From Octopus vulgaris (taxonomy: Eukaryota), in assembly GCA_951406725.2 (NCBI GenBank), contig OX597814.1:100440001-100504000 (forward strand): a stretch of 64,000 bases of DNA, given 5' to 3'. The notes under the pieces were generated by a model. It was not told the origin of the DNA and did no database searches. It saw only the letters and a list, made by a program, of their open reading frames with translations. A program made the translations under genes and the position numbers. Of this stretch, positions 27,940-41,784 are shown in pieces. The stretch's first letter is position 1. The number at the start of each line of letters is the position of its first letter.

Positions 27940-28691
27940 TGCAGTTCCGGCAGTTGGGGGTGTTTGTCTCCCCTTCGTATGTGTATATAAGGACACAGGA
28001 TAAAATGTGTCGAAGCTGTCAGGAGGCGTTCGATGCCTCCTAGGGCTATATAACGGTGGTGTACCCCCTACTGTCACGTTCTTGTTAGATTGACAGTATA
28101 CAACCATTATATATATATATCGTTTATCACCTAATCTCTTGCACAATCGGGCAACCAATACTCCTCGCCCAGCCAGAATGGATGGAAGACGGAACTAACT
28201 TAACATCGACAATGTGGATGATGCTACTGAGATATATAGTCGCTGTGAAGCAACTGTCTGTCGGACGAAGTTCTAGCGCCACCTATCAACATGGCAACAT
28301 GAGAAATATTTATGTTTTACCATTGAAAACGAAAGCAAAGAAAACGAAAACAAATATATTTAAGCAACTGCAACTGTGACTTCAAAACAAAACAAGGAAG
28401 AAAAAACCCGGCAAAGCTAATAAATACACAGGTAAAATAAAGAAATGATATACAAAAAAAAACTATTTCTAATATAAAATTATATAAAAGCAAATAATAG
28501 TGAGGCAACATCCTGCCTATAATTCAAATCAGACAAACAAAACTAAAACTCGTGTCTGTAATTTAAATACAAATCTACTATTTATTCAGAGTGGAATATA
28601 GGTTTGCGTGAGAGACAGGGTGGGAGAGTGAGCAAGAGGGAAAATGTTAGATGGAAAAAGAGAGTGAAGTGCAAACACACATATGCATACA

Positions 28692-28743
<52 letters not shown>

Positions 28744-28766
28744 CGTTATCTGTATTATGATGATTC

Positions 28767-28853
<87 letters not shown>

Positions 28854-28861
28854 TATATATA

Positions 28862-28936
<75 letters not shown>

Positions 28937-29000
28937 AATATATATATACACACACACATATATATATATATATATCTGTATGTATGTATGTATATGTGTG

Positions 29001-29042
<42 letters not shown>

Positions 29043-29309
29043 ACAGAGAGAGTAGGATGGAGAAAGAAAAAGTGAAAATAACGAAAAGTAAGTTCAGACC
29101 GGAAATGATGCTGACTAACGTTAATGATCATTTTAGCAGAAAATAAATAAAAAAAATATTATGCCTTGTACCATGTTTGAAGCAGACATGAGACAAATAT
29201 CTTCCACAGTCCAACCTAATGTTGAATAAAATGCTCGCAAACGAATAATTATATCTAATTTTTCTTCGCTCTGATTTTTTAGTGTGTGGTATATGCTTCC
29301 ATGGTGGAG

Positions 29310-29452
29310 AGAGAGAGAAGCTGTGGTATGGTAGAAAGGAGCGCGTGTGTGAGATCATGTGAGAGAGAAAGAGAGGGAGAGAGAAGCTGGAGTGAGGTAG
29401 AAAGGAGCGAGAGTGTGAGATCATGTGAGAGTGAGAAAGAAGGGGAGAGAGA
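29310..29452 (+). repeat. Two-copy tandem repeat of about 62 bp in a GA-rich tract
   Basis: 'gagaagctg...ggtagaaaggagcg...gtgtgagatcatgtgagag' occurs twice. Confidence 0.85.
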
Positions 29453-29947
29453 AAGAAGACAGAAAGATTTTACAATGCTAGACGTAGTGAACCAAACCGA
29501 AAATAATTTTTAATTGAAATTGCAACCTTAATCAGAAGAAATTTTTAGCGCTAATGAAAATTTATTGTTATAAAGGAACAAGGGAGAGAAATGCCGAAAT
29601 TTCATTTAGCTAAACATTAAATTTAATGGAAATATGTAGAAAGGAGAAAGAAAAAAATGTCTGAACTTTTGTAGACAACGCTTAAATTCGGACCTGTTTC
29701 GTTCTTACTACATCTTTTCAGCAAAATATAGACTGCTTGTGGCTTCCAAAGTATCAAGACAGCTAATAGAAAAAAATTAATTCGGTGCTTTCTAAAGGCA
29801 TCGTGCGCATGAAGATCATTCAACTCAGTACAGATTGATATATTTGAGGTGGTGAACTGAAAATAAGTCAAATTTATTGGAATCACAGCCTTAACGAGAG
29901 AACGAAAATCTCTTTAAAGTTAATAAAAGATGTATATCAAAATTACA

Positions 29948-30321
29948 GGCGCAGGCATGGCTGCGTGGTAAAAAGCTTACTTCTCAACCACATGGTTCCG
30001 GGTTCAGTACCCCTGAGTGGCACCTTGGGCAAGTGTCTTCTACTATAGCCTCGGGCCGATCAAAGCCTTATGAGTGGATTTGGTAGACGGAAAGTCCGTC
30101 GTATATATGTATATGTGTGTGTCTGTATGTGTCTGTCCCCACCACCATCGCTTTACAACCGATGTTGTTGTGTTTACGTCCGCGTAACTTAACGGTTCGG
30201 CAAAACAGACCGATAAGTACTATGCTTACAAAGAATAAGTCCTGATGTTGATTAGTTCGACTAAAGGCGGTGCTTCAGCATAGCCACAGTCAAATGATTG
30301 AAATAAGTAAAAGAATAAAAG
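29948..30321 (+). mobile_element. SINE family A, full length
   Basis: tRNA-like head (tggctgcgtggt...ggttcagtacc), body and (aaaaga) tail. Confidence 0.9.
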
Positions 30322-30737
30322 AATCTGTATGTATGTATGTATATGTCTGTGCACAGTGGAAGGTAATGAGAAAGAAAAAAAGAGAAAGGCAAAAGAAGAG
30401 TTGTTATAGAGTGAGTTTGTATGCTCTATATTTGCTGATTTCATTTGATACAGTGATATTGAGTTAGTTAAAATGATTGCTATGCGGAAGATATATTAGC
30501 CTTTCAAAAAGACTAAAGGTTATTAACTTCACTTAAACATTTATTATTTGGCCTCAAAATTCGTCGCTCCAGTTGTGGGCTGCTCATTGATATCATTCAA
30601 CTGCAATAAACAAGCTTTGTATGTTTTTGAATGCCTAACAAGTGACTTCCACGCTGAGGCTTTTAGTTGCAACATACAGCTTCAGACCATATGTCTGACA
30701 AGTATACCTCCTAAATTTGTTGTTTGTTCCTTCTCGA

Positions 30738-31023
30738 GCTATTCCTGGCTCATAAGGACCGGTTTCCGGGTTTCCTTGGCGTATAGGTTCCCCACCTGGA
30801 CGGGACGCCGGTTTGTCGCAGGTGAGCTGCAAGATGCAGGAGGAGAGAATGAGAGAAAGGTGTGGCGAAAGAGTCAGCAGAAGTTCGCCATTACCTTCAG
30901 CCGGAGCCCCGTGGAGCTTAGGTGTTTCGCTCATAAACACACACATCGCCCGGTCTGAGATTCGAACCCACGATTCCTTGACCGCGAGTCCGCTGCTCTA
31001 ACCACTAGGCTATGTGCCTCCAC
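30738..31023 (-). mobile_element. tRNA-derived SINE family C variant
   Basis: Reverse complement head tggaggcacatagcctagtggttagagcagcggactcgcgg...gggttcgaatctc. Confidence 0.85.
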
Positions 31024-31304
31024 TGACCTCCTAAATTTACTTATCCGTGTCCACTAAAAGAGTTTAATTAGCTTTCAGCAGATCTCTGACTTTTTAAGTC
31101 ATATCTGTTTTGTCATTGGACAAATGTGTTGACTTAAGACTATGATAAAACGCCAATGAATAATTCGACAGAAGGTCGATTTATCAAGTGCATTGCAACA
31201 GAGCTTCAGATGGAAAATAGACGTTGTGATTAAGTTTGGGAAGACGAGAACATTGTGGAATACCGTTGTAATAACTGTGCTTATTCTTGGCTATTTTTCT
31301 CAAT

Positions 31305-31690
31305 CGGTTGGCAGAGGCGTTAACACGCCGGGCGAAATGCTTTGCGGTATTTCGTCTGCCGCTGCGTTCTGAGTTCAAATTCCGCCGAGGTCGACGATTA
31401 AATAAGTACCAGTTACGCACTGGCGTCGATATAATCGATTTAATCCGTTTGTCTGTCCTTGTTTGTCCTCTCTGTGTTTAGCCCCTTGTGGGTAGTAAAG
31501 AAATAGGTATTTCGTCTGCCGCTACGTTCTGAGTTCAAATTCCGCGGAGGTCGAGTTTGCCTTTCATCCTTTCTGGGTCACTTAAATAAGTTCCAGTTAC
31601 GCACTGTGGTCGATATAATAGACTTAATCCGTTTGTCTGTCCTTGTTTGTCTCTTCTGTGTGTAGCCCCTTGTGGGCAGTAAAGAAATAG
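31305..31690 (+). mobile_element. Head-to-tail dimer of SINE family B
   Basis: The second unit starts at 'gtatttcgtctgcc' directly after the tail 'gtaaagaaatag'. Confidence 0.9.
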
Positions 31691-31720
31691 GTTTTCCAAT
31701 ATAATATCACCATTTTCTCA

Positions 31721-31806
<86 letters not shown>

Positions 31807-32915
31807 TCTCTCTGCCGGTGTTCATTCCCTTGTAAGCATTTCTGACCCAAGGCTTCGGCGTGAAGGCAACTTGATATTTTTAAACGCTCTCCCTATTTCG
31901 TGGTGGTTTCGTCCTTTTACCCCGTCTATATAATTGTATCAACATCCCCGACCCGCGAACAGCATCGACAACTATATAAAAACAACATTAACAAATTATA
32001 GGAAAATGAAATAAATAGTTAACGTAATATGTACCGGAGAAGAAGCCGAAATATGTATTTATGCTTGTTAGACTGTTACTACAGTTCACACAGACTTCCT
32101 TGATCAAGTCCATCAAGTTGTAAATAGGTGCCTTGTGTGATTAGAATGTTTTTAATTTATTTTCATGGAATTGAAACCAGCAAACCTTGGTTCCTAGATC
32201 CGCACAGCTGTGCAACACTATCTATCCCTTTTACGCGAATCTATTACCGAGTGAATTTCTCAGTCGTCTGCTGAACCACTGACTCGGCTTCATATAATAA
32301 CATTTTAGAGTTGGTTAGACTATTTCTAATCTGCATATCTTTCTTGATTTTTTTTTTGTCTGTTCCACAAATAATCCAAACGAAAAGTGGTTTGGAAATC
32401 CAGGATTATTGTTTCCAGAAAAAATTTTGGGAAATTGTTAATTTGCCGAAATGTTATTTCCAGTAGGCTTGACTATTCCTTGTACTATGTGAGCAAAAAC
32501 TTTCAACCACATAGCATTGTAGAAGTATTATATATTCCTATTTTAACGTCCTAAATTTAGTTTCGTCTCGTTGTCTTAGTATTAGTAGGCAATAATAGGT
32601 CATATATGGTTACTTAAATATTTGACGTAATATAGATTTCAAATTTTAGCACACGGCCAGTAAATTTGATGTAATATTAACTCGGCCTTTTAACGAGTCG
32701 AAGTATAAATTTTTAAGGAACATTCATTAGTAATTAAGAATATTTTATGTGTATTCGCTTGCATATGAAATACTCCGTCATTATTTAATTGCTTCTGCGC
32801 TCGGGTTCAAGTTACTTTATGAAGTTTAACCTTCACTCCGCTAGTAATATCATTGTATTTCTTGAAATTGACAATACACCGCCAAAGTTTCCAAAAACAA
32901 ACGTGAAAGCATTCA

Positions 32916-33998
32916 TACGGGCTATTCTGGCTAATTTAATAGTTTGCACATAAGGAAGAGAGAACAGAATATCCCATCAAAAAATAAATGTATTTTAAAA
33001 ATAAGGAAAAATATCAACTACATTATGGCTGGCAATTTACTCAAAATAACCTCCATTAACTACTACCACGGCCTCAGACGGATTCGGAAACTTGTGAATG
33101 CGTTTCTCATCTTTGAACACCTTGATCTTGGTCACCAGCTGGCTGAGCGGTTGGTGTTTTTCTCATTTTCTGAACCGCGTCCACACATAATCTATCGGAT
33201 AACAATTCGTATAATTAGGAGGCCAGAAATTAAAACTAGGGAAATCGTAGAAATTCTCCGACAACTACTCCCTACTGTTTCCGGAGCTATAGCAAGAAGC
33301 CAAATCTTATTTCTTTATTACTTACAAGGGACTAAACATAGGGGGGACAAACAAGGACAAACAAAAGGATTAAGTCGACTACATCGACCCCAGTGCGTAA
33401 CTGGTACTTAATTTATCGACCCCGAAAGGATGAAAGGAAAAGTCGACCTCGGTGGAATTTGAACTCAGAACGTAAAGGCTGACGAAATACCGCTAAGCAT
33501 TTCGCACGGCGTGCTAACGTTTTTGCCAGCTCGCCGCCTTGAGGAGCAAAATCTTGCTGTTACACACATGTTCCACCAGGAAACTTTTCCAGCAAAGGAA
33601 TGATCTTAGTCACCAGCAGATTCACATAACCATTAGAATTGAGCCTAAAGCCCTGTTCAAAGATGAGGCGAGGCTTGACGTCACTCTCACTGTGGACACC
33701 CAAAGACCATGGTAGTTTCGAGGAGCTCGTTTTTCACAAGGTCCATGTCACGCCTTTACAGTGTTCATAGAGCTTTGAACAGCAGTCATGATGTCAACAT
33801 CTTGATACTCAACGCGAATCCTCATAATACAGATAACGCTTTTTCAATATTCACATGACTTCCACTCAGTTAACTTTTTCTCAACAACAAATTTAATCTT
33901 TATTCTCTCCAACATAGTTGACTGTTCTTTCTAAATGCATCAATCAGTTTCTGAAAGGAGACATTAAAAACCGTCAAATTTAGGCTGAACACCCCGTA
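32916..33998 (-). mobile_element. Tc1/mariner-superfamily remnant (DD37D/maT-like), internally deleted
   Basis: The minus strand reads NFWPPNYTNCYPIDYVW, a decayed WPPNSPDxNPxDY motif. Imperfect TIRs 'tacgggctattctggctaattt' and 'aaatttaggctgaacaccccgta'. Confidence 0.7.
33308..33541 (-). mobile_element. SINE family B inserted in the mariner-like remnant
   Basis: Full copy with an imperfect TSD agaagccaaatctt/aggagcaaaatctt. Confidence 0.9.
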
Positions 33999-34701
33999 TA
34001 TACGAAACGGTAGCTAATTAGCGTGTGTGTTACTTAGATATAAATATGGAGGGAGAATTTACACCCACGTGTTTCAAAATAAATTACTCAGTAAAACGGA
34101 AGGAAACGAGAATGTTTAATATTATTAAACAAACAAGGGAATTAGTTCTGCGAACGAAAGGCCGTCTAAATGAATCTCGAAATTATCAAGTAGACACTTT
34201 TACTCCTTTTTTACTTGTTTTAGTCATTTGACTGCGGCCATGCTGGAGCACCGCCTTTAGTCGAGCAAATCGACCCCATGACTTATTCTGTAATTGACTA
34301 GTCATCTCCTGCCAAATTTCAAGCGTTGTGCCTTTAGTAGAAAGGATAATGGCAAAAGCTAAGTATTTCTGAAAGCTTATTCTGACTAGCATATTCTTCA
34401 CATAAATTTCCTAATTTTTTTATCACATAAAAATCAGAAGAGAAACTTTAACAAGTTTTAGCATCTCTATACAAATTATAGAAAGTCAGAATTGGTCATT
34501 GAAGTTTAAAAGAAATAAACATCACTACATTCAAAGAACAAATACACTTAATATTTCATCGTGTTTGCGGACTCCGTTAGATTGTTACATATTCTAAATA
34601 GTCTCATATACGTGTTATTGATGTCTCTTGAAGTCTCATATACAAACCTTGTTTATGTTTGAGAACAATTTACAATTGCCATTAGGTGTTTTCTTCTGTC
34701 T

Positions 34702-36704
34702 GGAATGGAGTAGATAAGATCCGGTCTACATATATTTCGTAGCGAGCGGAACCTCGTAAGTAGTAAATATCCAAGTGTGGTGTACATTATGTTTCCTTTT
34801 ATTATGCAGGTCAATCATTCCTCAATAAAATCAAAACCTTTTGTCCGATTTTCTTGAAATTTTTTCGCGACGTGTAGGATTATGTATCCCATGTCTCGTG
34901 TACTTTTCGTCTAAATCGGTGTACACTTGAATCGGGAATAAAATAAAATCCCGTTTTGTAAGGTTTCTTTTTATTATGCTAGTTAATAAAATATTATATT
35001 ATCTGCATGCAATGCGATTTACTTATAGAACAATGCATAACCAAACCATTAATATATACGTATATCTTCCACCATATAATTATACTTACAAACAATTATG
35101 TATATATTTTACATCGTTATAGTCTCCTTTACCATATATATCTTTAAATATTCTCTCATCAGCAGTTTTTTTCAATTTCTCAACAATCTCACTTTTAATA
35201 TGACTTACAGCAGTTTTTATTGCTTCCCGTAGTAAATGCTTGTTTGGACATTGTTTACCATTAGAGTATACATATCATTTTTAAATAATTGACTCCAAAT
35301 TCTCTACTGGATTTAGATCTGGAGATTGGTGGGGTGCATTCCATTATCTTATGTTCTTTGAAACCTTTCTTAGCTAAATGGTTAATATTGAGTTTGGCAA
35401 AGTGTAAAGGGGCATGATCATGCATAAATATGCTCTTTAACTTGAAACTTCGTGATGTTGACTTGTAACATTGGAAGAAGTTATCATTTAGAAACTTTCA
35501 ATAATTTTCACCATTTATTTTTACTCCATTAGCAACTTTAAATGAACCTATAATGTCTCCTCCAACTCTAACAGCGCAAAACATGATTCTTCCACCACCC
35601 TGCTGTCTTCGTTATCGTGTTAGTTGACTTTCTTCATATAACACCCAGCCTCTTGCCTATTTCTCAGGTCTATCTAATGTTGCTCTGCACTCGTCAGTAA
35701 AAATCATATTTGTATAGTCTGTCTTCCTATATCTTTTTACCCACGTCATGTCACTCTTTTTTTCTTTGTGTACTTTATTTAAAGAAGGCAATTTTGCGAA
35801 ATTTATGACTGTGCCTATTTCTTTTAGTGTTCTACAACGTTTTTTTTCCTCTGTATGTTAGAGATTCTTGCTTCTTCAAAGATTTGTTTTCTGGTTAACC
35901 AACTTTTCTTGTATATACTTCTTTCGAGTCTTCTCTTATCTCAATTTGTGTTGACCTTGAAACCCGGTTCCTTCCTTACTCTTACTCTCTCAATGATTTG
36001 TACCGTTTTTTTATATTCTTCTGTGGTCTCTATTTAGCTTTTTAGAAATTACAATTTTTGTATCCACTTCTCGCAGCAGTTTCACAATTTCTTTCTTCTC
36101 TTTTGATGTTATATCTTTACTTCGACCCATTTCTATATTTCTTTTATCTGCAACTAAGAAAAAAAACATTTCATATATCACATGGGGAAAAGCAGTATCA
36201 TGTTAACTTGCATAATAAAAATAAGCAACCTATAAACATGTTATTTTCATTTTCGCTTTAAATGTACACTCAATTAGATGAAAAGAACATGAGGCATGGG
36301 GGTGCATAATCCTACTTATCCCGTAAAATTTCAAGAAAATCGGACAAGCGGTTTTGATTTTATTGAGAAATTATTGACCTGCATAATAAGAGGAAACATA
36401 GTGTATACCACAGGCTACTCTTCAGGCCAAGGATATCTTGATTTAATAACAGTTTACATTGTCGCAAGGAGGTACGTGTTACCACACGGAAGATTCAATC
36501 AGAATCAAATTCAATCATACATAATTTGATTGAATCGTCTATCTGTTAACATGTACCTCCTTGCAACAGTGTAAATTTTCACTTAATCAAGATATCCTTG
36601 ACCTGAAAAGTAGCCTGTGGTATACACCTCGCTTGGATATTTACCACTTCCGAGGTTCCGCTCGCTATGAAACTTATGTACCCCGGATCTTATTTACTCA
36701 GTTC
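34702..36704. mobile_element. Foldback/palindromic element (about 380 bp) split by the Tc1 insertion
   Basis: 34702-34784 is the reverse complement of about 36622-36704, and 36406-36622 is itself a long palindrome. Confidence 0.8.
34785..36403 (-). mobile_element. Tc1 (DD34E-type) transposon, full-length extent with a pseudogenised transposase
   Basis: TIRs of about 145 bp and TA flanks. Minus-strand motifs MIFTDECRA, QQGGG, IFMHDHA and SPDLNPVEN, with stops and frameshifts. Confidence 0.92.
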
Positions 36705-36910
36705 CGTAACTTTTGTATTCCTATTCGCATAACTCGCAACCCTGGTCGCCTACCGTGAAATATAATGAATTTTTTTCAATTTATCATACTTCGATAAAAA
36801 AAAATCCACACCCATCCGTCTCAATAAACCACTATTGTTCCTGAAGGTTGTTTTTCAAATTTACTACGGATTGCTTGAAGCTAACGGTCTTCCTACACCT
36901 CGAAACTTGG

Positions 36911-36968
<58 letters not shown>

Positions 36969-37724
36969 CATACATAAGAGTAAATTGATGATACATTGAC
37001 AATTAATCAATGCACAACGTTGTTTCATCTCATTCAGTGTGGCTCCTCCTATTAAAGAATGAAATCTTCAAAGTCAGAAGCTTCAAGGGCGACAGAAACT
37101 GCCTAAGTAAATACTCATAAGCTCCGGGTGAATTTAACATAGAAATCTTTCAAGGTTCAAAAATCAGAGATGAATATTTTAGAATTTGGAATATTTGGTA
37201 AACTTTGATCTTACCCACAAGACCAAGAAGTGAATTGTACAAATAAAAAAAAAATTATGAAAGTATGGAATTCATAATCTCCACCAATTATAGGTATGTT
37301 TTATTCATCGATTGAATTGTTTAGTTATTTATTATATGGTTATCGCATGTGAACCTGTATGATAACTTCACATTCGTCAACCAGTCCGATTATAGATGAT
37401 GTATCACTACTGAAGGAAAAAATGAAAAACTGTTGAAGAGAAACCAAGAAAAAAAAAATTAATACATATGTAACACATGAACAGGGAGAAAATTAAATAT
37501 AGCTCTTCGCTGAATATCAAATCATAAACAGAAAGCAATCAAAGGCATTGACAAGTTGACTGTCTAGTGCTTAGGCAAGAATATAATTTTACATTGACAA
37601 TGATTGATAATTTCATTCTACCTAGAATTTTGTAGAATATAGACCAATACACACACGCGGGCGTGTGTGCGTCAAGCACAAACGCATGATTCCGTCAGCG
37701 CGCAAACAAACAGGTATTAATGTA

Positions 37725-38749
37725 CTAGCATTATGACCAGTCGTTGCCGGGTCATAGTGCTAGTGCATGTATATATGTGTATATATATGTGTACATATTA
37801 CATGTACATCTATATATATACATCTACACATAAAATACGAAATACAAAGTTATATCTTGATATCGCTAGTGATAACTATACTCAAAATATATAACAGACT
37901 GGAATTGTAAGCCCGTCTCTTGCAATTTCGATCAATTGTATCTTGTCCTCCTACTTGTATAGAAGTGTGGCTACAATCCAGCCTACCTCAACTTCTGGGA
38001 GGGGGGCATTTTTAATTTTCATCCGGCACGTCCTACATCCCAGATATAAAGGTAAAAATAAAATATTTTCACTTTGCAAGTTCGAGTCGAGTACTCCCTT
38101 GCACGCACCGTTGACTCGAACCTTGCTTCTATTGTGGCGAATTTACCGCCTCTGGTTAGATATCTTTCATAATCGCACCAAGACACTTTTCGATGGTGCT
38201 TTCCTCCTGGTGTTCAAATCTTTTTTCTCTACATTGTATACTTTATAGACAATAGTCTTTTCTTTAATTTAATTTTTTATTATCCATCTGGACTATTCCA
38301 TTTCTGCACGCTAATTTTATTTTTAATTTATTCCCATTCATGTGAAACCACTTATTCAAGTTCAAGTCATTGATGCAACGTTATACCAATTGCTATTTTT
38401 ACTTTTGTTATATTACGATTATATTATACTTTAGTTTGATTTTAATTATTACTTACTACATATAATTCAATTGTTATTATTATTTTTATTGTTAAAGTGA
38501 AAGTATCTGTCATAAAATAGAGAAATGTTTTTGTTTTACTTTTAACACGTAATACTGAAATAGTGGAGAAGATATGATATTGCTATGGGCTCGCTCTAGG
38601 CAAGAAGTTGAACATTTGTTTGCCCATGAAACTACATGGACCCTAACTAAGGCATTTGTAAAATTTAAATGAAATTGGTTGTGTAGTTCTCAAGTTTTAG
38701 GGAAACACACAGACAGACAGACACACATTCTCAGTTTTATATATATAGA
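37725..38749 (-). mobile_element. Non-autonomous Helitron
   Basis: The minus strand begins A|TCTATATATATAAAA followed by (TGTC)n and ends with a hairpin then CTAG|T, the canonical Helitron termini at an AT target. Confidence 0.75.
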
Positions 38750-38793
38750 TTATTATAGATATCTAAGCAAACAAGCAAACAAGCACACATACA

Positions 38794-38895
<102 letters not shown>

Positions 38896-39904
38896 GAGAG
38901 AGAGAAACATAGGTACATACACATATATATTTGTATATGACATAGTGGGCAAAATTGACAAGCGCTATCAACGAGCCTCTCAGCGTCTGAGACACTTCGA
39001 AACTTCAGTTGATTGAAGATAAACCTCTCAACTTATGGCAAAAGACCGGGAATTTTGAAAGAGCTGGGCTGATCGATTACATCGACTCTACTGCTCAACA
39101 TGTATGTATTTCATCGACCCTGAAACGATGAAAGTCAGAGTGAACCTCGGCGGAATTTGACCTGAAAACGTAAATTCGACTGAAAAATTATAACAAAATC
39201 TATAGTCATATATTGAGCTTTTACGCCCTTTTTGTTCTATGAAACCTGTACATGCCTATTTGTGTATTTGAATGTATGTATGTATATTTATAGGAACATC
39301 AACCATTGGTGAGTGTTTATGAAGGCTGGATATTAATATGTTCATCTCTATCTCTTTCTGTATCTACCTACCAATCAATCTACTTTTTACCTATATATGT
39401 CTGTGTATATGAATGTGTCTGTATTTGTGTGGGAATTAAGATCCTCGGTACGTTCCGAGTTCATGTGATTCGATGAAGTCTTCTTTCCTTTCAATCTACA
39501 AAAAAAAAACGTTGAACCCTATGAATAAACGACATATTGGTAGTTTCCCATTTCACCCCTAAAGGAACAAAATAAACGAATAATATCGAAAGGCAAATTC
39601 GATTTCGGCGAAATTTGAACTCAGGAAGTAAAATGTGTAGAACAAAAATTTGAAATAAAACAATAAATATAGTCATGTATTTTTAGTATATAAGTAAGGC
39701 TGAATCCTACGAATATATTGCATATTGGTTGTTTTCCATTCCAGTTCTAAAGTAACGATATAAATGAATGATTTCAAAAAAATAGCCATTTATATTGCGT
39801 TTTTTCGCTAGAGAGAAGAAAATGCTTGCCTCATCTGGACTTTTAACATTGAACATATTTATTGTCATTTCTTCTAAGTATACAAATTGTAATACACTAC
39901 TTTC

Positions 39905-40420
39905 GCGTGTTTACGGGAAAACCTACTTTTTTCCGTCGAGGTCTTATATGCCCCTTTATTAGACTCTTCTCTTTAGTCATTGTGCTTTGATTGCGTATAA
40001 GCTTTAAGCTTATGAAATACTATTGATATTATTTACAGAATCGTAAACATTGACGCTGCTTAACAAAACCAGGGTAGTAAAAGCGTATGAAAGTCTGATT
40101 AGAAAAACAACACTGCGAACTAATTATAGTTCTTAAATTTGACGGATAGGCGTATGTTGCAGGTTAGTGTAAGTAGTAGCACAGTTGCCGCGAAAACAAA
40201 GAGATGTAGGTTCGCATCCCACGCCGACGGTAAATCCTGGGTATTTTTTTTTTCCGTCGAGGGCTGATATATACCCCATTATTAGATTGTTTTCTTTAGT
40301 CATTGCGTGTTGATCGCTTATGAGCTTGTAAAATACTAATATTATTATATGAGCTTGTAAAATACTAATATTATATATAAAAATCGACGCTGCTTGACAA
40401 AAATCATCGCAGTAAAAATG
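39905..40420 (+). repeat. Degenerate tandem of a unit of about 321 bp containing a tRNA-like segment (40156-40230)
   Basis: 'ttttccgtcgagg...tattaga...ctttagtcattg...gacgctgctt' occurs twice; A-box-like tagtgtaagtag and B box ggttcgcatcc. A third copy lies at about 23335-23470. Confidence 0.7.
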
Positions 40421-40722
40421 TATATGTATGCGCTCACTACATAACTACACGTGCAGTTAAAAGGAGACGTATGAGTCAATATGATTTTTCTTACATACTT
40501 CCAGTTGTTAGTTTAAATAAACATGGAATGGAGGTATGGCTTTAATATAATTACGTACATACATATAAAACATGCAATCTATGTCCACATGCATATACAC
40601 AAAAAAGGAAAGAAAAGCACTCCCTCACATACACTCATATATACATCTATACATACATATATATGCGCACACATCTGTTTATCTATCTTGATCTCTCTTT
40701 GTCTGTATATATATATATACAA

Positions 40723-40758
<36 letters not shown>

Positions 40759-40962
40759 ACATATATATATATATATATATATACACATAGATAGATAGAT
40801 AGATAAACAGATAGATATAGATATAGATATGTAATATATATGATATATATATATATATTATATATCATATATATACACTCTCATATATATATTCTTATAT
40901 ATATATTTATATGTATATACTTCTATATAAATGTTTGTGTGTTTGTGCACACACACACACAG

Positions 40963-41007
<45 letters not shown>

Positions 41008-41265
41008 GTTAGAGAGATAGATATGGTCATCAGTTCTCTATGTTTATAAATGTATGTATATCACCTGTCAGATAGTTAAAGTAGTGCTGCCTAAGTTGAT
41101 ACTTGCTATATTTCATTATTTGAAATGATGCTGAGAATTTGCAACGCAATAGAGCTGCTTATAGTTGATTATTACATTTGCGCACCTGTGATGTATTCAA
41201 AGCTAGGCTTTTGACAATCAGCTCACATTCTGTTTTTCCACGCCCTCAATCCTCCCACTCCTCGT

Positions 41266-41316
<51 letters not shown>

Positions 41317-41620
41317 ATCCTGCTCTTCGTCCTTTTTATTCGGTATTTACCTGCGGCACCTACCCTTGTTTATCATACTCTAAACATCTTTACTGTTTAT
41401 TACCCCACATTATGTACCCAACATTTGGTCTAGTCTCTGTGGAACTGCGGAAGTCCTTCCGTCTCCACGTTTTTCCCACAGATTCCAGTACAACTTAAAC
41501 ATCTACCACGCCAGCTTCACCTGTTCTGTTTGGGAGGGCCGGCAAGGTCTACAGGAGAGGCTTCTCTTGCTATATAAATATTATGTTTTATATACAGATA
41601 CATATATAAGCAGGCATATG

Positions 41621-41661
<41 letters not shown>

Positions 41662-41699
41662 GCAAAAAGATGTGTATGTAACTAACCACTGGGTATATG

Positions 41700-41784
<85 letters not shown>

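Noticed and set aside
40156-40230. Functional tRNA gene
   Set aside because: A and B boxes are present but the acceptor and anticodon stems do not pair; treated as a tRNA-derived repeat. The same applies to the SINE heads.
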